Positions 13,923 through 24,694 of a stretch of DNA of 64,000 bases are shown here, in pieces. Under the pieces are notes generated by a model. The model was not told the origin of the DNA, did no database searches, and was given only the letters and a program-made list of their open reading frames with translations. The position numbers were made by a program, and so were the translations under genes. This stretch comes from Neophaeotheca triangularis (lineage: Eukaryota), in NCBI GenBank assembly GCA_054600435.1, contig BAAIJX010000013.1, forward strand, positions 1-64,000, read 5' to 3'. Position 1 is the first letter of the stretch. Each line of letters opens with the position of its first letter.

Positions 13923-14726
13923 ATGGTCAACACCTCCGGTCTCTCCGCCGCCAGCCTCGAGGGCAAGGTCGCCCTCGTGACCGGCTCCGGCCGCGGCATC
14001 GGTGCCGCCATGGCCACCGAGCTCGCCGCCCGCGGCGCCAAAGTCGTCGTCAACTACGCCAACTCCCTCGACGCCGCGCAAAAGGTGGTCGACGACATCA
14101 AGGCCAAGGGCGGCGAGGCCATTGCCCTCAAAGCCGACGTGAGCGAAGTCTCGCAAACCCAGAAGCTCTTCTCCCAAGCCCTCGAGCACTTCGGCCAGCT
14201 CGACATTGTCTGCTCCAACTCGGGCGTCGTCTCCTTCGGCCACCTCAAGGACGTCACCGAGGAGGAGTTCGACCGCGTCTTCAAGATCAACACTCGCGGC
14301 CAGTTCTTCGTCGCCCGCGAGGCCTACAAGCACCTGTCCGTCGGCGGCCGCATCATCCTCATGGGCTCCATCACCGGCCAGGCCAAGGGCGTCCCCAAGC
14401 ACACCGTCTACTCGGGCTCCAAGGGCACCATCGAGACCTTTGTCCGCTGCATGGCCATCGACTGCGGCGACAAGAAGATCACCGTCAACTGCGTCGCCCC
14501 CGGCGGCATCAAGACCGACATGTACCACGCCGTCTGCAAGGAGTACATCCCCGGTGGTGAGAAGATGACCAACGAGCAAGTCGACGAGTACGCCGCCACC
14601 TGGTCGCCCATGAACCGTGTCGGCCAGCCCGTGGACATTGCCCGTGTCGTCTGCTTCCTCGCCTCCCAGGACGGCGAGTGGGTCAACGGCAAGGTCATTG
14701 GCATTGACGGCGCCGCTTGCATGTAA
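13923..14726 (+). CDS. BRN1: 1,3,8-trihydroxynaphthalene reductase (BRN1/THR1-type SDR of DHN-melanin synthesis), intronless, 267 aa
   Basis: TGSGRGIG Rossmann motif, [22 protein letters not shown], catalytic YSGSK and [13 protein letters not shown]. Strong codon bias and location in the melanin cluster. Confidence 0.88.
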   Translation: MVNTSGLSAASLEGKVALVTGSGRGIGAAMATELAARGAKVVVNYANSLDAAQKVVDDIKAKGGEAIALKADVSEVSQTQKLFSQALEHFGQLDIVCSNSGVVSFGHLKDVTEEEFDRVFKINTRGQFFVAREAYKHLSVGGRIILMGSITGQAKGVPKHTVYSGSKGTIETFVRCMAIDCGDKKITVNCVAPGGIKTDMYHAVCKEYIPGGEKMTNEQVDEYAATWSPMNRVGQPVDIARVVCFLASQDGEWVNGKVIGIDGAACM

Positions 14727-15559
14727 AGCGTCACTTCTTTACTACTACTACTACGACTACCAGAGGCTAATGGATGGGGGCATGGGAAATGTGATATGAT
14801 ACCAATACGTAAAAGCATCGAGGCTTCGGGAGTGTTTTGGGGGTTTCCTTTTTGCATATCTCGCTCTGTTCCAGCTGTACGCGGCTTCTTCAAGTGCTGA
14901 AAGGCATTTGCGTTGTTTGGTTGATAGGCGAATGCAATACCCTCTTTCCAATAAACGTTTCTCCCAACTTTTTTTTCTCTCTGCCTCGTGGCGTGCCTTT
15001 CTCTCGTGAATTCTGTATATGTGTCCGTTAATATATAACGTTTCACAGAGTTTGGAATAAAAGCGTTAGGCTAGTGAAGGTGGCCTATTTCAAACGTGTT
15101 GCTGACATACATCTGTATTCGTCAAGCTATCGAATAGACCATTTTTGCTAGCTCCAACAATGTGCTTTCGAATCACGATCATTTCCTTCTGTAATACCGT
15201 TCCACTTCATTTAGGCGGCAGCAGAGCACGTCCAGCTACCTCATGGGGACGAAGCCCAAGATGATGCTCGCGTGTCCGGCAAAGAGCGGCTGGTCGAATC
15301 ACCGGCTTTCGCTGCAAGCGGCAGTGTGTCTGCAGAATCTCCCTTCACACTACTAGCCTCCCACCTCTCAGTGCCCGCATGCATGAGACTCCATGCCTGT
15401 CGCTCGATCGAGGAACCGGAAGACTCGGTCCGGGGAAACGGTAACGTCTAGCCACCAGAGCAATTTCATCGGCAGCATAGTGCAGGAAGCTCGTCGTCTT
15501 GCCATATTGGCCTAGTCCTTTAGTGGTGCATTTCCCCATTTTAGCGAGGGTGATAGCCA

Positions 15560-16676
15560 TCACTCAAGAGAGTTTGAGATGAGATCCATGGCGTCCGCGG
15601 CTTTGTCGTCGTTACGTGGCCGTTTTCTCACATTCCGAGGCTGTTTCTCCTTGGTTTGAGGTTTGGGAGGCTCTTCCTGGTCAGACGATCCATCGCGCTC
15701 AAGAAGCAAGGTCGCATTCATTCTATGGCAGGCCCTCTCCTGGCCGACCCTCAGCCGCAATTTGAGACCCTCCCGAGCAATGGTACCGCTGTTCTCGGCT
15801 AGCGCATCAAGTGCAGTCAGTTGATCGGGATAAGAAAGGCTAGCAGGACTGGGTTGTTATCAGTGCTGGACGTCAATCCTGGGGACATTAACGAGATGAA
15901 TGCTCACATCTTGCGCCTCTTCGTCCAGCCTGTTAGCGGCACAAGGGGCCCGCTGTCGTAATTGAACAGATTGCTGTGACATTCGACGAAAAGAACGTGC
16001 TCTAAAGCCGGGAGCTTCGCCAAATCGGCGCACGAATACACGCTTACACCAAGGGCGCCCGTAAACGATAGCACTTTGAGCTTGGTAAAGACTTTTCTTT
16101 CTTGGGCTTGTTGACTCCAGGAGCGGATCACACGGTCGCTTAATGGTGTTTCAGTTTTGGTCTCCCAGTAGAAATTCAACGTCTCGAGATTAGTGACGCT
16201 GGCAATGGCATCCATATCGAAGAGTTCGGCTGGCATGTTAGAGAATGTCAAGTGCGAGAGCCAAGTACTGTCTGGGTTGATGGTAGGTAGAGTCGCAAGA
16301 GGAACGAACGAATCTCGGGCAAACCACAAGCGGATTTGGTGAGAGAGGGACTGCACCGACTCGAGGCCGATATCGACGAGGATTTGCCAAAGGTGAATGG
16401 TAAGGCATTCACTAGTTGGAGGGGAGGTTTAGCTGAAGATAACAACAATATCTACCGAAGCCACGCCACGACATACTGGCGTTTGGCCGCGTCGTAAATG
16501 CGTGCAAGATAGTACTTGGGCACGTGTTTCAACGTCTCTGCTTGGAGAGAGTGGGATTTGAGCAGCAATGAGCGCATACTCTTGTCGAAGAGGCTCTCGG
16601 TGCCAGAGCGAGGCGGGGCGTGCGACGGCCTACCTCTGCAGTGATGGCGGATTGAGCGTGGCTTCCGCTTTGGCAT
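15560..16676 (-). CDS. Hypothetical protein with a possible LRR/RNI-like core; exons 16676-16477, 16411-15908, 15848-15560
   Basis: Three separate ORFs join in frame through introns 16476-16412 (GTATGT..CTAA..TAG) and 15907-15849 (GTGAGC..CTGAT..CAG). LxxLxF-type segments are present (LSHLTF, LETLNF, LKVLSF). The start could be further upstream, near 16724. Confidence 0.65.
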
Positions 16677-16996
16677 ATTGACGATTTGTTCATGGTAGGC
16701 CACAGTGAGTTGATGGCTAGTCATTATTGTCCTTGTACGTGTACGGGGGATGTCCAGTAGTATGCCTTGGCTTAGTCGTCCGATGTTGATGGACGTGGAG
16801 GAAAGCAAGCTGCCAGATTATTCCTCAGATCGATCTGCCCCGCTGTTCCAACATCGCAGTGGATCGCAGTCTGTGCTTGGGTTCCCTCTTCGACATTCAG
16901 CTTCACTTTGACCTCTCGACTCTCTTCCCCGCGACATCCTATCTTTCATTACCTTGGGTATTCAAACACCGCAATGAGATGAGGTAGTTGACGGTC

Positions 16997-18004
16997 ATGC
17001 TCTCGAAGCCTTCGAATGTCTTGCTTGCCTTCTACCGCAGCAGCATACCCGGATTAACCCACTCCGTTTCTGGCTGTAATACGTCATTACACCAACGAAG
17101 CACACGAGCACAACAGCAAAGGCTTCCTCGACAAACCACAAGAGCAGCTTATGCCACTATAGCAGACCGAGCCGACGGGCGCCATGAAGAACCCTCCTCC
17201 GGCCATCACGAATGGCCGAGCCCACCTCGAGGAGCCCCCTACCCAACACCCTATCAAATCTTCGCTTTAAAACACAACGCTCCCTACAGCAAATCCCGTT
17301 TCTACCAACTCGTCAAGCTCTACCACCCCGACAAAAGTGGCGCCCTCAACGATAATAACTCCCCAAACAACATCTCCCACCAAGTCAAGACGGAACGCTA
17401 CCGCCTGATCGTCGCAGCCCACACCATCCTCTCCGACCCCGTTAAACGCAGCGCCTATGACCGTTTCGGGGCGGGCTGGAACGGTAAGGCCGAAGTCGGC
17501 CGTGACGGTAATAGCAAATCGCCCGGTCAATCGCCCGGACCTTTCAGCCAGTCCTGGGGAAATCCTGACGATCCCATCTGGCGCAATGCCACTTGGGAAG
17601 ATTGGGAGCGCTTCTACGCCAAGCGCGCCCAAGGAGCAGAAGGCGTGCGAAGGGAGCGTCAAGCGCCCGTCTATTTTCGTAACACGTACTTCCTAGCGCT
17701 GGTCATTGCCGTGGTGATGATGGGTGGTTCGTTGAATTACAACCGCGCGCAAGATGTGGGGCAGACTTTTGTCGAACAGCGGGATGTGGTGCATGATAGG
17801 GCTGCCAAGGAGTTGCGAAAGCTCAAGCAGGATGTGTCTAGTCGGGGTAAAGAGGAGCGGATTCAGTGGTTTATGAGGCAAAGGGAGGCTACACTTGGGC
17901 TCGCCGGAAGTGATGTTGAAGTCATGCGGGAGGAGAAGGCGCAGCGTTTGTTGCCCGATAGGGAGGTTTGCAAGAGTGATGGCGTTAGTGATGCTGATAC
18001 TTGA
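16997..18004 (+). CDS. J-domain (DnaJ family) protein, JID1-like, probably mitochondrial membrane
   Basis: PTPYQIF...FYQLVKLYHPDK...YRLIVAAHTILSDPVKRSAYD with the HPD motif, NATWEDWERFY, a single hydrophobic segment and an Arg/Ser-rich N-terminus. Confidence 0.85.
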   Translation: MLSKPSNVLLAFYRSSIPGLTHSVSGCNTSLHQRSTRAQQQRLPRQTTRAAYATIADRADGRHEEPSSGHHEWPSPPRGAPYPTPYQIFALKHNAPYSKSRFYQLVKLYHPDKSGALNDNNSPNNISHQVKTERYRLIVAAHTILSDPVKRSAYDRFGAGWNGKAEVGRDGNSKSPGQSPGPFSQSWGNPDDPIWRNATWEDWERFYAKRAQGAEGVRRERQAPVYFRNTYFLALVIAVVMMGGSLNYNRAQDVGQTFVEQRDVVHDRAAKELRKLKQDVSSRGKEERIQWFMRQREATLGLAGSDVEVMREEKAQRLLPDREVCKSDGVSDADT

Positions 18005-21000
18005 AGAGTCGCGCACTCGTCGACAATGGGTTGCGTCAAGGCCTCGGCAGTTAAGAGGGACCCTGGATGCATACCCTTGCCGACTGCGAGACGAGTCGAG
18101 GTTCACGGCTGATTGTCGAGTGAGTAGCCACAGGCACCGCGAGAACGGGTCAGCATCGGCAAGAACTACGATCGCAGCTTCTCGGCACGGTTTCGCGCTG
18201 TGGAAAGCCGCGCCGACAGCACCGGAGGAGGCTGACAGCTCAAGGTGTCTCAAGCTGGATTGGACGAAAGCTTCACCGACCTTATAGTTTCCACGCCGAG
18301 AGCAGCGAGTCGGTCTTGAAAGTTCTACACTCCTGCCTCTACAGCTCCTACGGAGACCATGCACTCCAAAAGTACCATCGAGCTGTCAGCACACCAAGGG
18401 CTGAGCGACGACACCAGGGCACGAACTGTCATGGGTCCGCGACATCTTTTCAGGCCCATGGAACGCACGATGCTGACAGGTGACACTGCCGCGAGCGAGC
18501 TGTTGTCAGCTTACAAGGTGGAGGATCCCTGCTGCTTGTTGGGCTATTCAGAGTGTGTGAGACCGCGAGCGAGGTACAAGATCCGGGAAATTTGACTGTC
18601 TTATCGGCATCTCGCGAGAGACGACGCAGTTGACGTCAATTACGCTTTACGACCGTGAGTGGGAGCAAAGGTCCAAAAGCAATGTCCTGCTACCGGTGCT
18701 TTGGGGTTTGGTGGTATATTGCGACCCCATGTGCGGAGCGAGCTGGGAGACTTGCGGCGTGTGTATACGACATGTGCACGTAGCAATCGGTCGACTGAGT
18801 GCGCTTTGATGTACAGGTTGAGTGCTTTGAAGCATATAGGTGCCTGAATTGGAGGGGGCTGGGATAATACCGTAGGGTTAGAGTTTGCGCACAAACGAGA
18901 GAAGTCCACTTTCTACAGAGGTGCTCTAGTAGTACAAAGACATCCACGTAAAGTACCTACACCTTCCAGTCTGCCTAGCACCGACAACGCTTCGTCCCAT
19001 CCTCGTTGCAGTCCACTTCAGCACTATTCTCTTTTAAACCACTAGACTGATTGAGTGGCGAGGACGTAGTAGTGCCCATCATCTTGTCAGACCGTGTCTG
19101 GAGTGCGCTGTTGAACGAGAGAAAGACTCAAAGGTTCAGAGACAAGGTCTCGAAGGGAGGAAAACTCCTAGATCCGTGTACGTGTTGGCTTTGCAAACGT
19201 AAGGGAGCACTTGCATCTTTCCATACGATGAAGCGATGATTCTCCCAAACGCTTCCAGCCGTGGAGATGCCTCTCCCGTTCTATCACGCTACTACGTCCC
19301 CCGTACGGCTTCGAACTCCCAACATCCGGACTCGAAGCACTTGAGCTAGGCTTGCTGGCCGCGAGAAACCCACCTTGCCTCGACGATGCATGACTCACTT
19401 TCCCCTTTGCAAGACGTAGTAGCTAGGGGCAGTCACAACGGAGTCCGCGAAGGTATTTCAAGCGTCTCGGCCAGCTTACCATCGCTCGCACCATCGAGAC
19501 GTGCGAGCCGGCCTAGTGCCAGCTTGGTGCGCAAAACACTCACCAAAGGTACCCGACTCGAGCCGAAAGATCCCAGCATCCATACTGTCCCAAAGTGTCT
19601 CGAGAGCCGGACGCCTGCACCGATTCCCGCAGAACGAACAGCTCATTACTTCCATACAACCACGGAGCCACGAAAAACACACACCACGCCCACCGGGAAC
19701 CTACCAGCTCCACACGCGCGTCGTAGAGACGAGCTTCCGCTCCAAAGGTCCAGCGAGTCGAGATCCCTAGGGTCTTGCCCCCGTGCTGGAAGCAGTGACC
19801 CAAGAGCCACATAAACCCCCGGAGGAATCACAACCGCGCTTTTAGAGTAAACCCCAGGGCGTTGGAAGCTTTTCTCTTCTTGCTTGCTCGAACGCTCGAA
19901 CCGGAGTGTTAGGAGTCTTTCGCCAGCTGGTTCTTTCCGACAACAGATCCAGATGTTTCGCTGACTAGAGTTTGGCGATGCTCCTTTTCTTTTTTCTTTT
20001 TTTCACTAAAAAAAAAGGAGAGAGTTTTTTTTTTTTTAAACCTCGCGGCTGTTGTCGGAGCTGGTCTTGCGGTCTGGGTTGACGGTTTTTCTTCTGCTAC
20101 TTGCTTACCTATCCATAGCTATACAGACAAGAGGGCGTTGTTGTGGACAGTGGTGCCATGATGCCGCAAAGTCTCGCGTGAGCAGCACTTGGAGACCGCG
20201 TGGCGTGGTTCGGTTCGGAAGCGCTGCGCTGCGCATCCAGCCATAGGTATGATAGTCTGCGGGACCGAGGGCAAGGGAAGTGGGTATCCGGGAAGATCTG
20301 GGATGGAGTCGGTGGGGCTGTTGTTGGTTGTTGTTGTATTATATGTATGCATACTACTTGCTGCAGGAGTGAAGATTGTTGTTGGAGTGGATCCATTATT
20401 GTTGTTTTTATTTCTATTGCATATTGTATGGGTGGCAATAGTACCTAGTAGTGGCTCTTGCCATGGTATTTGCCGCTTTTGATGCGGGATGTGAATGATA
20501 ACGGGATCATTATTGAACACACAGCCGAATACTGAGCAGTAGGAGCGAGTTATGACTCGGATCGAGGTTGATGGTTTCGAGAGAGGGACTCGGTCAGGTC
20601 AGCATGGCGGTTCTGATCGTTTAGAGCCTGGAGGGGACAACATCGGTAGCGTGGCTGCCTTTTTTTTTCTCCCCTTCTCGTACAGGTCATGACACTCATC
20701 AAAGTTACCTAGGTATTACCTTTGCTTACCTACCCTGGCATTATTGATTGCGTTATCGTGGTCATTTCGCACAGCGAAGTTCTAGAACAGACACACACAC
20801 ACACACTCATACTCACACTCATCAGCCTTATGAACGCCGAAGCCAGAGTAAAAGCGGTGAAGCACAAACAAGGTAGTCCGGAAACAGTCGACGGCCCAAG
20901 TCTTGTCTCGACGGGCCGCTGCACAGTCCCAATTGTTGAGCAAGTGGATAGCAACCTTAGCAGGTAATAAGTATCGTACGTAGTAGCTAGAGTCATGGAC

Positions 21001-24000
21001 TTTTTGTGTGGGAGTTGATGTGGGTCGTGGGTGGGTGGGTGCTGGCTTGACGAATCTATCGTTTCATGCCTATCCCCAATACTGTGTTGACAAAATCGAC
21101 ACCGACTCGATTATTATTGTCTGCACGCCATGCCATGTTCGATGGGTAGTCGAGTCGTGGGCAGTGGGTTGTATTGTGAGCGGTTTCCTGTGGTAGTCGC
21201 CCGTACCTTGGGTAAAGAACTGACCGTTCTAGCTGATAAGGTAAGCGAGTAATGTTGAGACGGTAGGTGGTTGCGCACATGTTGCGAATCGTTTATTGGC
21301 ATGCCATGGCCTCTCCGCTTTCAGCGTTTAGACCTTTTGCGGAGACTGGGCCGGAGGGGCGACCGGGTTGCTTTCTCACTGGTCTCGTCAACGTCGATGG
21401 TTTGAGAGTATGTACTTGGTACTATCAATCAACAGCAGAAAGCTCCTCCTGCCGCGAGTATTCGTACCGTCGTTCAGTAAAGTCTCTGGATGGCGAATAC
21501 TGCGAGCAGTCGTCAAGATTGTGTTCTATTCAGATCAAGGCAATAGGCACATATGGATGTTATGGGGAGATACTAGTCTAGGAAAGACGGCTTAATGGAG
21601 CCATTCGGCTTCGCTAGTAGCCCCTGCATCCGGTGATGGCCTACGTATAGGATTTATTATTATTCTGCTAATGCTGCTCTGGAATAAAAGATTGCAACAA
21701 CACCAAGTACTTGAATGATCATCCGAATCGCCACAATACTTGTAGGGTTATCAGCTTAGGGTCCGGCGCAAGGCGAGGGACGGCAACGTTAGTGGATTGG
21801 TGACAGGGTCATCGAATAGTCACATCCGGCCCGGAGTCGACAGACTTCAAGTCTCTTTCACACGTCCCTCCTCTTTCGGTCACGGCGCACTCGACCACTG
21901 GTCGAAATCGTAGATGACGGCCACAGACCTAATAAATTCCCTTGCGTCGAATCCGCGTTCCCATTACCTCTCGTATCTCCGGAGACATACATACTCAAGC
22001 GCCCTTGCGTCAAGGGTATGGACCCCCTCCACCCGATTGGAGGATCCGGTTCAATGTCTTCTTGATATTCCATGAGCCGGAGCTTTTCGATCTTGAATCT
22101 TATTTCGCTCAACAGTCTGCCGGTACTGGTAGTCTTGATGAGGACGATCGTAGATTGACTCTCAGTCTTTGTGTTACCCGTTCTGACCTACGCTGCCACA
22201 TCATTGAACGTCCTACCTTTTCGTTGCAAGTAAAGTTATTACCTGCTTCCGCCTGCAGGTGGCGCTCGCGCAATAATAAATTCTCTTGCACAAGTTGCAA
22301 GTACATAGCGCGATCCTGAGTGGGGTCCGCTCCTACAGTAGCACGCTTTCACGATCTTAAAAATATCATCTCTTCTGTGCCCTTGCGCGATACGGCGACT
22401 GAGACGTGACCCGTAAGGTTGGTGCTTGGGTTCCCTACGAGTTTCAAAGACCGTAGGGCTCGACCGAGTCACCTCGGTGACAGACGGACGCTTCAGATTA
22501 TTTTTTGCTCGAGGCAAGTTTCAAGAAGGCGAGTCATTACTGGGACCGAAACGAATGGATTGCGACAACCGTTGGATTGTCAGACGGCAGACTCTCTCCC
22601 CCATTCAGCGCCGAGGCTGTCACGGCTGGTTGTGATTCTGGAACATGTGAAGATAGTTGTGGGCTCGTCGTTGCTCGGGTCGTGTGTTATATCAGCAGCG
22701 GTAGCCTTTGGCGGTAGGCTTGGTTCAAGTCCCTGGGACACTGAGAGCGTTTCGATGCTGATGGCGAGAACGCTTGGGCGATGGCAGAGTAGCGCGGAGA
22801 TGCTTTTTGTCCACGATACTATGGCCATTCGTGACATTGGTCTTGAACCGATCTTGTGTGCAGAAACATGCACGGTTCTTTCACGTGTGCTTCGTTAGGT
22901 AGTCTATATGCCGCTGTATCCTTCCAATGACCATCAACGATACGGGTCAACGCCTTGACCCTAAACTCGATGCTTGATGATGGACGTGAACGTTGGTATG
23001 CTATTCCCTGCTTAAATCTTAATGGACCAACGGATTGGAGTTTTATTCCCAGCGAGTAGGAGATTTTGGGGAAGGTACATAGTATAGTGTAAAGGAAGGA
23101 AGAGAGTGATGATGACCAGAATAGGCATGCCATGTCACAGTCCGTAACTCTAACCCGCGACCGGCCGAGCTCGCTTCCGTTACCCGATGCGAAACCCGCC
23201 GCCTTGTTGGCAGAGTTCTCAGCTGCTACTCCACACGATCTTGTCCGCAAAGGCTATTCGCCCATTCTGGATCTCAACCACCGACGACGACCCTAAGGAG
23301 TGAGTAGTGAGGACTCTTAGGAGTGTCAGATGTGGCATGTGAAGCTACCAAGAGTAGAGTGCCGGTCTCCCTCCCTCCCTCCCTCCCCCGCCCTTGCCAC
23401 GCGGGAAGGGGGGGAGGACAGCGATAGAGGACGGCGCACAGCAGCGGGCAAACGACTTTGATGCTCTCGACTGATCATCGCGCAGCGGTCCTCCTCCCGG
23501 GCCAGGGTCAGTGGTAGTAATAATATCATACTACTATCATTCATCATTACCACTCGTATGGCTAAAGACGGCTATGGTGTAACCTCCGGACGACGGACAC
23601 CTCAGGCTTGACGTCGACACCTACTGTACCTAGAGTCGAGTGGTGGTAGATCTGCACGGCCGGACGTCAGTGCTGATATCTCTCCGACCACCTTAACGTT
23701 ACTGTACCCTGACTTTAGCAGCATCGAAACGTTGTGAGGTTGGTCGGAAAAAAAACGGAAGACCTACTACTGTACCTCCTATCAGGCTACCTCGTAACAA
23801 GAAACAGCCACACACACACACTCACACATCACTCTACAGATAGACTTCCGCTGGGATCGTCGGCCGGAAGTGTGTGCTGGAGTCAGGTCCAACAAGGCCA
23901 AAACGCTGCCGCCGCTTTGGGAATTTCACTGGCGCGCTAATACCTACGGGTCTCCATCACGCCCGAGCTTCGTGACTTCATCCCCTCCTTCTCCCTCACG

Positions 24001-24694
24001 AAACACGACTGCTGCACGCCGGCCATGGCCTCTCAAACGCTGGCCTTTTCCCACTCCAAGCCAGTGCACCCTACCTACCTATCAATAGTCTTTCGCCGTC
24101 CATGCCTGTGCGCTCCCGGCTCCGGCATTCCTGCGCTGCACGCCATTGCGCCGGCAAGACGGTGGATCTAGCGTCTGAGATGCTACCCGTTGAACCTCTT
24201 CCATATTCCTTTTTGGCAGCAAGGCTCGTGCCTCCACCTCAGCCTTGAGTCTGACCCGTCTACGGATCTCGTTGATGCCGTTGATGTTGCTGGTGCATAC
24301 TGTAGCATCCATGACAGACCCTGCTCCATCTAGACTTGCCCTGCCCGTCCCTCGAGCTTGATTGATACAAAACCGCTCACGCTGTCCCGTTTCCAAGTAT
24401 CTTTCTTCCTAAACCACTCTCCGTCCTTTTGTTGTATCTGTTTGTCTAGCCAACGAACACTACAACTTCCCCCCTCTCTCTTTCGACCTTTATTCTCTTT
24501 ACCCTTTAACAACTTCACCTGTGTAGACTCCTAGCCAGAGCCTACCTCGACCGCTAATCCTCAGCGTCAATCTACGTCCGAACAACATCTTCTGTGACTA
24601 GCCACCACAGACGACTTAATAACGGACCTCTAAGATCCTATCATCGGGACCCATTATTACATCCACACGCCGATTATTCCAATCAAAAGACAAG

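Noticed and set aside
13736..14579. 274-aa and 244-aa ORFs overlapping the reductase
   Set aside because: Frame and antisense shadows of a codon-biased gene.
19981..20020. CTCCTTTT...AAAAGGAG hairpin resembling a terminator
   Set aside because: Fungal DNA, and explainable by adjacent homopolymer tracts.
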